This document shows positions 9,052 through 17,325 of a stretch of 64,000 nt of DNA, one piece after another. Below the pieces are notes generated by a model. That model ran no database searches. It was not told the origin of the DNA and saw nothing but the letters and a program-made list of their open reading frames with translations. The stretch is from an uncultured delta proteobacterium (GTDB taxonomy: Bacteria; Myxococcota_A; Polyangia; Fen-1088). Made by a program: the position numbers and the translations under genes. Where the stretch lies: NCBI GenBank assembly GCA_963755125.1, contig CAVWIP010000006.1, positions 128,001 through 192,000 of the forward strand. The letters run 5' to 3'. Each line of letters begins with the position of its first letter. Within the stretch, counting starts at the first letter, position 1.

Positions 9052-9397
9052 CGGCCGAGCTGGCGCCGAAAGAACTGGATGTGGAAGGCGTGAGAACTCA
9101 GAAGGCTAGCAGCGAGCCCGTCATAAGAGGCGGCAGTCATTGGATGCGTTTGCACCTTGACCCAGGAGTAGGCGGTGGACAGTTGCAAGCCAGAAAAGGG
9201 GCAAATTTGCGCCGTTGACCGCGCGCTCCGTCGGAAAGTGACCGCACAGCCTCGCGGCCGGCGGGCGTTCTGCCTAGGCATGGGGAATACTAACCGGCCG
9301 CCGAAATCGCGTCTCGAAGTCCGCGGGTGACTGAGTCCTTTGACCGAATGTGAGACATTCGGCTACGGTGCTCCCTGGCATGGGCCAGACTGGATTC

Positions 9398-10951
9398 ATG
9401 GCAACGCTGCCGAAAGTCCCTGCGCGGACATACGCGCCGTTTGGCCTCGCTGTGTTGGTGGTGACGCTGTTTTCGGCATACACAGCCTATCGGTCCAGCG
9501 TCGTCATTGACCACGAACGGTATTTTTGGCTCGACGACGACCAGATGATCTCGATGCGCTATGCCCGCAACCTGGCCGAAGGGCAGGGGTTGGTCTGGAA
9601 CGCGGGCGAGCGGGTCGAGGGCTACTCGAATTTCGGCTGGGTTGTGGTGATGGCGGGCGTTCACCTGCTGCCTTTGTCGGATGCAAAGACCGCGCTGGTC
9701 ATCAGGATCATCAACTGGGGCCTGGTCATCGCCTTGCTGCTCCTGGCACGCCGGCTGCTGCGCCGGCTGCTTCCCGATAGCGGGCTGGAAGCAGCGATCC
9801 TGCTGCTCGTGCTTTCGGTCTGCGCGGACGTCGTGTTCTGGTCGGCGAACGGGACCGAATTCACGCTTATTGGCGTGTTGTTCCTGTGGGTGGTTGATCG
9901 GCTGTTCGAAGAATCCACGACCAAGCGTCCGCGCGTCGCGACCTACGCCGTGCTCGGCGTGCTCGTCTGCATCCGGGCCGATGGCCTGCACCTGTGGCTG
10001 GCGGCAGCCTTGCTGGCACTGGGCCTTTGGCGCAGTCGCCGCGGCTTGGCACTGCTCGCGCTTTCTCTGCTGCCCGTCGTCGCCCACCTGCTGTTTCGGC
10101 GTGCCTACTACGGGCTCTGGTTGCCTAACACCTACTACCTGAAGGTCGATTCGGTCCCCGGCAAGCTGCCGTCGGGCCTGGGCTACTCATTGGGATTCGC
10201 CATCCACTATTGTCTCCCGCTGCTCTTGGCGCTACTGGGCGCGATCATCAGCCGACAGCGCTGGCGTTGGCTGCTGTTGGGTGGCATCGGGATCTCACTC
10301 GCCTACGTCGTGGGCGTGGGCGACGTGTATCCGCACTTCCGTTTCCTGGCGCACGAGGTGCCGGTTTTGCTGGTGCTGGCGTTGGCCTGCACACGCGACA
10401 TGGGTGTACGGGCACGCCCCATCCGTGCCCTTCTCGGCGTCGGGCTGGCCTTGACGGTGATCCTGGCGACCGGGTTGCTGACCAGGAACTCGGTGATCTC
10501 GAAGAATGGCAATCCGCTGGTTGGCACGACCATCGGCGTGACCATCCGGAACAACGCCGGCGCGCAGGACCGGGTGGCTGTCCTGGCTGCCGGCGCTGTC
10601 GGCTATTTCAGCCGCCGCCCGATGATCGATCTGCTGGGCAAGAGCGATCCGCAGGTCGCCCGCCTGCCGGGCTTGCCCTTTGGCGGAGCTGGACACAACA
10701 AGTACGACCCTGGCTTCAGCTTCGGCCGCGGTGCCGACCTCTTGGTTTACGGTTTCGGCCCAGACGAGGCGCGCCAACTCACAGGCAGCGGATACAACGC
10801 TGCCGTCGCGCACGATCCGACGTTCGTTCGCGAGTTCCTACCCAACAGCCTGGCGGTGAGCGTGCTGTCGAGCCGGGGGTACATCTACTTCCGCGGATCG
10901 TCCGGGGCGGCGCGCAGGGATGCCTGGCGACTGCCCGTCATCGAGCGCTGA
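9398..10951 (+). CDS. Polytopic membrane glycosyltransferase (GT-C, AftB-like)
   Basis: DDDQMISMRYARNLAEGQGLVWNAGERVEGYS, RADG, YYGLWLPNTYYLKV, IDLLG motifs; multiple TM segments. Confidence 0.7.
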   Translation: MATLPKVPARTYAPFGLAVLVVTLFSAYTAYRSSVVIDHERYFWLDDDQMISMRYARNLAEGQGLVWNAGERVEGYSNFGWVVVMAGVHLLPLSDAKTALVIRIINWGLVIALLLLARRLLRRLLPDSGLEAAILLLVLSVCADVVFWSANGTEFTLIGVLFLWVVDRLFEESTTKRPRVATYAVLGVLVCIRADGLHLWLAAALLALGLWRSRRGLALLALSLLPVVAHLLFRRAYYGLWLPNTYYLKVDSVPGKLPSGLGYSLGFAIHYCLPLLLALLGAIISRQRWRWLLLGGIGISLAYVVGVGDVYPHFRFLAHEVPVLLVLALACTRDMGVRARPIRALLGVGLALTVILATGLLTRNSVISKNGNPLVGTTIGVTIRNNAGAQDRVAVLAAGAVGYFSRRPMIDLLGKSDPQVARLPGLPFGGAGHNKYDPGFSFGRGADLLVYGFGPDEARQLTGSGYNAAVAHDPTFVREFLPNSLAVSVLSSRGYIYFRGSSGAARRDAWRLPVIER

Positions 10952-10993
10952 CCACCAGGTAGCTGTTCCAGGCAGTAGTTACGCCGGCAGCTT

Positions 10994-11845
10994 TCAAGAT
11001 CCCGATAGCACGCGGCGGATGGCTTCGCGATCGATACCGTCGAGGGAGAAACCGAGTTCGTAGGCAGGCACCTTGCGGAACAGGCGGCCAAGGTTCCTGA
11101 TGGCCATGCCGTCGGAGGGAACGAACAGGCGCTGGAGGTTGTCCGCCTGCTCTGTCGCGCTTCGGATCAGGGCCTGCCGGGCGGTCAATGGTTGCAGCGA
11201 GAACGCAGCCTGTTTTCGCGGGAAGAAGATCGCACGCAACGGCGCCGAGCCTACGCCGTCGGACTCGCGACCAAGCGGCGTGGCGTGCAAGAGAGGTTGC
11301 GTGTCGATGTCAGTCACCGCGACCACATCGTCCGAAAGCAGCCGTTCCCCGCGAATGAGCCGGGCAGCGGTTGTCTTGCCAGCCTCGGACGGGCCGATGA
11401 CCGCGGCGGCGACTCCCTCCATGACGAAACCGGACCCATGCAGCATCACACCGTCGCTCGCGGAAAGAAGACTGCCAAGCAGACGAAAGAGCTGGCTACG
11501 CAGGCACTGGTCCTCGTCAGCAGACTCGAAAACGAAGGATTCCATCAACCAAGTGGAGCGTCGGACGAAATCGGCAACCCCGTAGCAGCACCAGAAAAGT
11601 TCATCCTTATCCACTCGCATTCGATGTGACAACTGACGCTGGACTACCTCCGGGTAGTCCCAGACGGGGCGGTCAGGATCAGGCTGAGGATCAGACACCA
11701 CCCTGATGACCAACCTCGCATCAAGTTGGGTGCCTTCCGACAAAAAGGGTCGATAGGGGAGCGTGTGCAGAAGCCGCTCGTACTTTTCGGGAAGGGTCAG
11801 ACCGACTTGCCGGCCACCAGTCGTGATCCCTGCGTCCACGTCCAT
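10994..11845 (-). CDS. HPr kinase-like P-loop protein (ScmC-like)
   Basis: MLHGSG...VIGPSEAGKTT...LLSDDVVAV...HATP. Confidence 0.7.
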   Translation of the reverse strand: MDVDAGITTGGRQVGLTLPEKYERLLHTLPYRPFLSEGTQLDARLVIRVVSDPQPDPDRPVWDYPEVVQRQLSHRMRVDKDELFWCCYGVADFVRRSTWLMESFVFESADEDQCLRSQLFRLLGSLLSASDGVMLHGSGFVMEGVAAAVIGPSEAGKTTAARLIRGERLLSDDVVAVTDIDTQPLLHATPLGRESDGVGSAPLRAIFFPRKQAAFSLQPLTARQALIRSATEQADNLQRLFVPSDGMAIRNLGRLFRKVPAYELGFSLDGIDREAIRRVLSGS

Positions 11846-11916
11846 GAATCACGGTAGATCGAGGGCCACCCGGTGCTGAGCCATGGTGATCCCCGTTGCA
11901 CCAAACTCCTCAAGAG

Positions 11917-12180
11917 TCATCCGCCGAGGACCGTTGAGCCGCTGGAGCAGTGAACTCCGCTACCGGGGGAACATAGGTTGCCACCCGAGTCAGATGACCC
12001 GGTAACGCAAAGGCCGGACACGCCGGGACTGCTGCCATCAACGCAGCCGCCTGGCGACGCCGTGTACCCCGTGTGGCAAATACCCATGGGGCTCGCGTTC
12101 TTGTCCTCTGACAGCCAGCCAGCCCGAGCGGTTGGCAAAGACAGGTCCGTGAGGGTTGGCTTTTCGTAGGGTCGTTTCAT
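11917..12180 (-). CDS. Putative RiPP precursor peptide B (87 aa, ScmA-like, five CxxG motifs)
   Basis: GGAGGA RBS; MKRPYEKPTL leader; core motifs CHTG, CVDG, CVTG, CSPG, CSSG in a Gly/Ser-rich background; directly downstream of PqqD. Confidence 0.85.
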   Translation of the reverse strand: MKRPYEKPTLTDLSLPTARAGWLSEDKNASPMGICHTGYTASPGGCVDGSSPGVSGLCVTGSSDSGGNLCSPGSGVHCSSGSTVLGG

Positions 12181-12205
12181 CTCGTCCTCCCTGATGCCTG
12201 CCGGG

Positions 12206-12481
12206 TCACACGGCGTCGCCCATCAGGCTCTTGCCCTTCAACGCGGTCAGGAATTCTTCCACGTCTTTTGCGGCTGCCTCCCGACTTCCGATGTCGTACT
12301 GGCGCATAAGACAATCTACCAGATCCTCGCGCGAGTGAGAACCGTCGAGCAGGCCGAAGAGAAAGGCGCCCGTGGTGTTCAGGATCTGCACCGCGCCGCT
12401 TTCAGGGTGAAAGAGCAAGGCACCGTCGTCTTCCTGGTCCACGGTGATCTCGGGGTTGGCGATGGGGCAGCCCGGCTTCAT
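12206..12481 (-). CDS. PqqD family protein (ScmD-like RRE)
   Basis: ANPEI...EDDGALLFHPESG...LNTTGAFLFGLLDGSHS...DVEEFL. Confidence 0.85.
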   Translation of the reverse strand: MKPGCPIANPEITVDQEDDGALLFHPESGAVQILNTTGAFLFGLLDGSHSREDLVDCLMRQYDIGSREAAAKDVEEFLTALKGKSLMGDAV

Positions 12482-13053
12482 GAAGGATCCTTGGTTGCGA
12501 TAGCTCGCAGCCGTCGCTCGACCGTAGTGTTCTTGAAGACCGGATGGATCCACATGGCATCCCCGCAGGCCTCGGTTCTGCGCCAAGCCACGAGCTTTTT
12601 CAAGAGATACAACCTCACGGTCTCGCGGCTGTCACTGGCCACGAAACGAACCGTCCGCAGTGGGACGGCAGCGCCGACCACGGGCGCCAGCAGCCTGGCG
12701 CTTAGCCGCAAGATGCCGCGCAGTCGGCGCAGCGGGCGGGCCGCGTGAAGCCAGAGGCGCTCCTGGGCCCGGGAGATGCCGCGCAACTGGTGTTTCTTCC
12801 AGCGCGCCACCACCTTGCCCACGATGCGCTCGGCTGGCACCACGCCGTCGGGGCACGGCAGGTTGTCGCCCTGGGTGACGATCCCGCGGCGGGTGGAAAT
12901 CACCCGGTGCACGACCGGCTGTCCGGCCTGGTCGTGGAAAACGATGACGTTGCCGACGCGGATGTCCCTGGGTGCAACCTGCTCGACAGCGGCCAGGCTT
13001 CCCGGCGGCAGGAAAGGCCGCATGCTGCTGCCGCGCACGAGCATCGGGGTCAC
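12478..13053 (-). CDS. S24/S26 family peptidase
   Basis: GSSMRPFL...IRVGNVIVF...VVHRV...TQGDN...IVGKV. Confidence 0.8.
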   Translation of the reverse strand: MTPMLVRGSSMRPFLPPGSLAAVEQVAPRDIRVGNVIVFHDQAGQPVVHRVISTRRGIVTQGDNLPCPDGVVPAERIVGKVVARWKKHQLRGISRAQERLWLHAARPLRRLRGILRLSARLLAPVVGAAVPLRTVRFVASDSRETVRLYLLKKLVAWRRTEACGDAMWIHPVFKNTTVERRLRAIATKDPS

Positions 13054-14159
13054 GGCGCAACCTCCGGGGCGCCTGGCTGGCTGCGCGGACGCAACAGGCG
13101 CCTGGGCGGGAACAGCCCGGCGTCAAGCGCCTGCTGGCAGAACTGGAAGCCCGCGAAGAGATCGCCGGTGGCCCAGAAGTTGTGCGCCAGGCACTTGCCC
13201 ATGCAGTGCCGGCGGAACACGCACCTGCCGCACACGCCGCCCAGGGCGTCGGGCAGGCGATCGCGAATGGCGAGCAGGGTGGGATTGCTCTCCCAGATGG
13301 TGCGCAGCCCGACCTCGAGCGGATTGCCGAAATCCAGGGCTGCCACGCGCTCGCCGATGCCGCACAGGCTGGCGCGGCCGGTGCTCAGGATGCCGAGGAT
13401 GGTCAGAATGCCGCAGCTACAGCCGGCCTGGGCGCGAATCTCGGCCAGGGACTTGAAAGCCGGCGGCACGTCGAAGAACACGCGTAGCTTGGTTCCCGCG
13501 GGAATCGACGGCGCCAGGCCGTGGTAGGCGTCCAGCACCTCGGCGACCGAGAGCAGCTCGCCCTGCCGTTGCATCTCGGCCGAGCGGCCCATCGAGTTCA
13601 CCACGTTGACCTTCAGACTGGCGACGCCCAGGTTTTCCGCGAGCCGCACCATGTCCGGCAGCACCTGCCGCGTGCCCCGGTGAAGGCAGGCGATGATCTG
13701 GAACGGCGGCCAGCCCTGCTTGGTCAGGCTTTCCACGCCGCGCAGGGCACGGTCGAACGCGCCCGGCACCCCGCGCAGCTCGTCGTGCAGCTTCGCGGTG
13801 GGGCCGTCGAGCGAGATCGACACATCGGTGCCGGTCTCGCGCAGCACCTCGGCCTGCTCGGCCCCGATGAGCGTGCCGTTGCTCTCCATGCGCAGCTTGA
13901 GGCCCATCTGGCGCAGCCCGCGCAGGATGTCGAGAATCTCGGGGTGCATGAAAGGCTCGCCGCCGGTCAGCTTGACCGCGCGCAGGCCCAGTTCCTGCGC
14001 CTGCACGAAGATCTTGCGCAGCTCGGACCAGGGTAAAAAGCGCTGCGACTCGGTCCCGAAGCCAGGATCGATCCAGCAGTGGCGGCAGCGCAGGTTGCAG
14101 GTGCCGGCGAGGTACAGATAGATCTCGGCCAGCGGCGGGGTTTCACAGGGCTGGGACAT
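13050..14159 (-). CDS. scmF: Radical SAM/SPASM protein, SynChlorMet ScmF-like
   Basis: IYLYLAGTCNLRCRHCWIDP, KLTGGEP, CGILTILGIL...LCGIG, CGRCVFRRHCMGKC; resembles the ScmF family as recalled, not searched. Confidence 0.8.
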   Translation of the reverse strand: MSQPCETPPLAEIYLYLAGTCNLRCRHCWIDPGFGTESQRFLPWSELRKIFVQAQELGLRAVKLTGGEPFMHPEILDILRGLRQMGLKLRMESNGTLIGAEQAEVLRETGTDVSISLDGPTAKLHDELRGVPGAFDRALRGVESLTKQGWPPFQIIACLHRGTRQVLPDMVRLAENLGVASLKVNVVNSMGRSAEMQRQGELLSVAEVLDAYHGLAPSIPAGTKLRVFFDVPPAFKSLAEIRAQAGCSCGILTILGILSTGRASLCGIGERVAALDFGNPLEVGLRTIWESNPTLLAIRDRLPDALGGVCGRCVFRRHCMGKCLAHNFWATGDLFAGFQFCQQALDAGLFPPRRLLRPRSQPGAPEVAP

Positions 14160-15531
14160 GACCACCCTCCGCCAGGAAGCGCCGGTAACAGTCCGCCAGG
14201 TGGGGGCTGCGCAAAGAGCCGGTGACGGCAAAGGGCACCGCCGGGCAGCTTCCGTTGCAGAAAGGCCTCCAGTCGCAGTCCTTGCACTCAGCCACGTCGT
14301 CCATGGGGATCTCGCGCCGCTCGCGCAGGGAGCGCAGGTGCGGGTGGCCGCGCCAGATGTCGCGGATGGGGGTTTCGCCGATGCGGCCCATCACCATGGT
14401 CGCCAGCATGTTGCAAGGGGTGATGGTCCCGTCGTGGTTGACCGCGATCTTGTCGAACACGCAACCGCAGGCGGTCAGGCGACCCATGAGCGGGGTGCGC
14501 GCGCCACCCGCGAAGCGGGCGGTTTCCATGGCGTGAAACATGCGCCAGCGGACAAGCGGGCCGGCCAGGGCGGTCACGCGGCCTGGGTAGCGTTGATCGA
14601 GACGGGCCAGGGTCAGCATGGCGGCGCGTTCCAACTCGGGCGGAAGCCGGATGCTGTCGGCGTGGCGGCAGGAACCCATCTCGACGGCATCGTTGGTGCT
14701 GAAGCCGCGCAGCCCGACGTCATTCAATAGCAGCTCGGCGATGCCTTCGAGATCGCCGACGTTGTGCCGGTTGATGGTGACCCGGCTGGTGACCGGCAGG
14801 CCGGCCTGCTTGAGCAGGCGCAGCCCACGCAGCGCCTTTTCGAAAGATCCGCGGCCGCGCGAGGCATCGTGGATCTCGGCGCACGAGCCGTCGATGGAAA
14901 CCTGGATGCTGTCCAGCCGGGTCCGGCGTTCCAGCAGCCGCGCCACGATGGCGTCGTCCACCAGGGTTCCGTTGCTGAGCAGCGAGTAGCGCATCCGGTT
15001 GTCGATCGCGCGGTCGATGAGTGTCCAGAGATCGGGGCGGGTGAACACCTCGCCGCCTGACAGGCAGACGCTGCGCACCGCCAGCGAGCCGAGTTCGTCG
15101 AAGAAGGCCAGCCATGCGTCGGCGGGCAGGTCGGGCCGCTGCTCCATCTCGTCGGCGTAGAAACAGTAGGTGCACTTGGCATTGCAGCGGCCGGTGACGG
15201 AAACGTCCACCTGTTTGGGGGCGTCATCAAAGTCGATCTGCGCGACGGGCGGCGCTGCGCTGGCGGGGGAGGGCTGCACGAACCCCTGGGCAGAAAGTTC
15301 GGCGGCGAACGTCTGCACGTCGCTTGCGGCTGACTCGGCGTCAATCCCCTCGAAGCCGTCAGCCATGTCGCCGGCGATCTGGTCCAGGCTGCGCGTGCCA
15401 TCCATCCGATCCCAGATGAAGGTGCCCGTCTCGTTGAGCAGGCGCTCGCGGCCCAGGTCAGCCTGGTAGAGCAGGGCACTGCCGCCGCCGACGCGCCTTG
15501 CGGACACGCAGCGAGCGCGGGCAACCGCCAT
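14143..15531 (-). CDS. scmE: PqqD/RRE-fused radical SAM/SPASM protein, ScmE-like
   Basis: N-terminal RRE (LLNETGTFIWDRMDGTRSL); PKQVDVSVTGRCNAKCTYC; SPASM CGC...PCNM...CKDCDWRPFCNGSC...CYRRF. Confidence 0.8.
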   Translation of the reverse strand: MAVARARCVSARRVGGGSALLYQADLGRERLLNETGTFIWDRMDGTRSLDQIAGDMADGFEGIDAESAASDVQTFAAELSAQGFVQPSPASAAPPVAQIDFDDAPKQVDVSVTGRCNAKCTYCFYADEMEQRPDLPADAWLAFFDELGSLAVRSVCLSGGEVFTRPDLWTLIDRAIDNRMRYSLLSNGTLVDDAIVARLLERRTRLDSIQVSIDGSCAEIHDASRGRGSFEKALRGLRLLKQAGLPVTSRVTINRHNVGDLEGIAELLLNDVGLRGFSTNDAVEMGSCRHADSIRLPPELERAAMLTLARLDQRYPGRVTALAGPLVRWRMFHAMETARFAGGARTPLMGRLTACGCVFDKIAVNHDGTITPCNMLATMVMGRIGETPIRDIWRGHPHLRSLRERREIPMDDVAECKDCDWRPFCNGSCPAVPFAVTGSLRSPHLADCYRRFLAEGGHVPAL

Positions 15532-15681
15532 GTTCGAGCAGGCCTGGCTCACAGGCCGAAAGCGTAGCACCGGTTGCGCAAGGACGCAGGCAAGTCGGGC
15601 GTAGCGGCCACGGCCGCGACCACGACCACGAGCACGACCTTCTGTGGCTGCCGCATCAATCTTCCTGCTAAATACAAGCAG

Positions 15682-16923
15682 CTACTTCGCGGCCTGCGCG
15701 AGATCCCGGTGCTCGAAGGCGCTGGCCATGCGGTCGAGCTCCTTCGGCTTGAGCCCATGCTTCTTCCCCGCCGAGCGCCAGGCCCGCACCGCGGCCGCTA
15801 CCTCATGCGCGATCTGGCGCGCCACTTTCGTGCCGAGACCAAACCTGGGCGCCACCTCCCGGACCGTGTCCATCGAGGCAGTCGCATCCGTCTCGCTGAT
15901 CGCCAGAGCGTGCACGCGAGGCCTGACGTCAGTGGGCATCGGATTGAGGTCATTGGCCGGCGCCAGCCGCCAGCCGACTCCGTCGTGGAGGAAGCCGTGG
16001 TTGCGCAGATGATCGTCGGTGTTCGACACTAGGACGTTGAACACCAGCCGGCGCCATAGCTCGCCCAGATCCTTCGCCGCCTGCGCGCCCTCGCGGCGCA
16101 GGGCATCGACGATATCGAGATAGCTGTGCATCTGGTTGTCGTCCGCCGCCACCGCGGTCATCGCTGACATGAAGGGAACGCGCGCCGCCCCGTCGCGGTC
16201 GAAGCGGCGCAACAGCAGCACGGGCTTCCGTGTCGCGAGCGCCAGACGGAAGACCGGCACATGAATCCCGGCCCGCTTTGCCAGTTCGAGCGCCGTCGCC
16301 TCCCAGCGCATGACCGGCCACTCGTCCGAGGCGGCGGGGAACTTGGCAACCAAGAGGCCGCCATCGCTGTCCCTCACCGAGGCTTTGGGGCGCGCCCCGC
16401 CCAGCGAGGTGCCGGGCGCGAGCACGAGCGCAAGATCCTCGTCGGTTTCCTCGTCGGCCATGATCCGGTCGGTCGCCGCCAGCAACTTGGACAGGGCGAT
16501 GACAGGCGGAACGCGCGTGCCGCCGGTCGAAAGGAAGGGGCCGCCGTCGGCCTCCGCATCACGAAAGCGGAGGACGCCCAGGCGAGTCTCGTCGTCCACC
16601 AGGGTGAGGAAATCGACCGCGGTGAGCGTGCGTGGGTTTCGGCCCTCGCGCCTGGCGCGGGCCCGCTCGGCACGGCGCAAGAGCATCTGGCCCCAGCGAT
16701 CCGGAGCAGGATCGGTGAAGGCGCGGAAGATGGGACGTCCGCTATGGAACGGTCCGGCCGCCAATGGCAACTCGGGATCAAGGGCAAAGCCGCGCCGGCT
16801 GGTGCGCCAGGCGAGGTCGTACTCGAAGGAGGCGCTCTCGTGCGGCGCACTCCGGGTCCACAGCCTGCCGCACAAGACCGGCTGGCCGCCGAGGTCGGCG
16901 TGGACCAGAAGCTCGCGGTTCAC
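15682..16923 (-). CDS. hipA: HipA family toxin kinase with N-terminal coupling domain
   Basis: PDRWG, GTSLGGARPKA, AKFP, RRFDR, NTDDHLRNHGF, LAPANDLNP. Confidence 0.9.
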   Translation of the reverse strand: MNRELLVHADLGGQPVLCGRLWTRSAPHESASFEYDLAWRTSRRGFALDPELPLAAGPFHSGRPIFRAFTDPAPDRWGQMLLRRAERARARREGRNPRTLTAVDFLTLVDDETRLGVLRFRDAEADGGPFLSTGGTRVPPVIALSKLLAATDRIMADEETDEDLALVLAPGTSLGGARPKASVRDSDGGLLVAKFPAASDEWPVMRWEATALELAKRAGIHVPVFRLALATRKPVLLLRRFDRDGAARVPFMSAMTAVAADDNQMHSYLDIVDALRREGAQAAKDLGELWRRLVFNVLVSNTDDHLRNHGFLHDGVGWRLAPANDLNPMPTDVRPRVHALAISETDATASMDTVREVAPRFGLGTKVARQIAHEVAAAVRAWRSAGKKHGLKPKELDRMASAFEHRDLAQAAK

Positions 16924-17264
16924 GCCGGGCCTCCCACGGGGCGCGGACGCGGCGGGCGTACCCGCCGGGGCAACCGCTCCGCCTCCAGCGCGCGACCGAG
17001 GTCATCGCTGCGCGGGTCCGCCAGCTCTCCGATGCGCTCGCCCATGCCCAGCACGAATAGCACGGTCGCGTAGATTCCCATGGACACGCCGGCGTCACCC
17101 TGCTCGACGCGGCCCAGGGTGGTCCGGCTGATCATCGCCCGCTCGGCCACCATGACCATGGTCAGCCGCCGACGCCGGCGGGCCGCGGAGATGTCCTGGC
17201 CCAGCTTGCGCAGGGCTCGCACGAGCGCGGCCGGGAGGGCGGGCAGGGCACGGGAGTTTTTCAT
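16920..17264 (-). CDS. HipB-like XRE helix-turn-helix antitoxin
   Basis: LGQDISAARRRRRLT..VAERAMISRTTLGRVEQG; 4-nt overlap with hipA. Confidence 0.85.
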   Translation of the reverse strand: MKNSRALPALPAALVRALRKLGQDISAARRRRRLTMVMVAERAMISRTTLGRVEQGDAGVSMGIYATVLFVLGMGERIGELADPRSDDLGRALEAERLPRRVRPPRPRPVGGPA

Positions 17265-17318
17265 AACGACCTAAATAGTGTACCTTGACAAGGTATAAGT
17301 CCACTTTTTAGGTCATAA
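17264..17318. promoter_or_regulatory. AT-rich operator/promoter of hipBA with nested inverted repeats
   Basis: 22-bp imperfect arms 17264-17285 / 17297-17318 (17 of 22 match, core GACCTAAA/TTTAGGTC) plus perfect TACCTTG-A-CAAGGTA at 17281-17295. Confidence 0.6.
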
Positions 17319-17325
17319 AGTGTAA

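Noticed and set aside
9195..9285. GGCAAA...GAAA...GACCGCACAGCC resembling a c-di-GMP-I riboswitch
   Set aside because: Spacing and pairing do not fit by eye; an Rfam cmscan would decide.
15940..15965. HipA LAPAND instead of the usual LAPAYD
   Set aside because: The catalytic Asp residues are retained; a single substitution is not enough to call inactivation.
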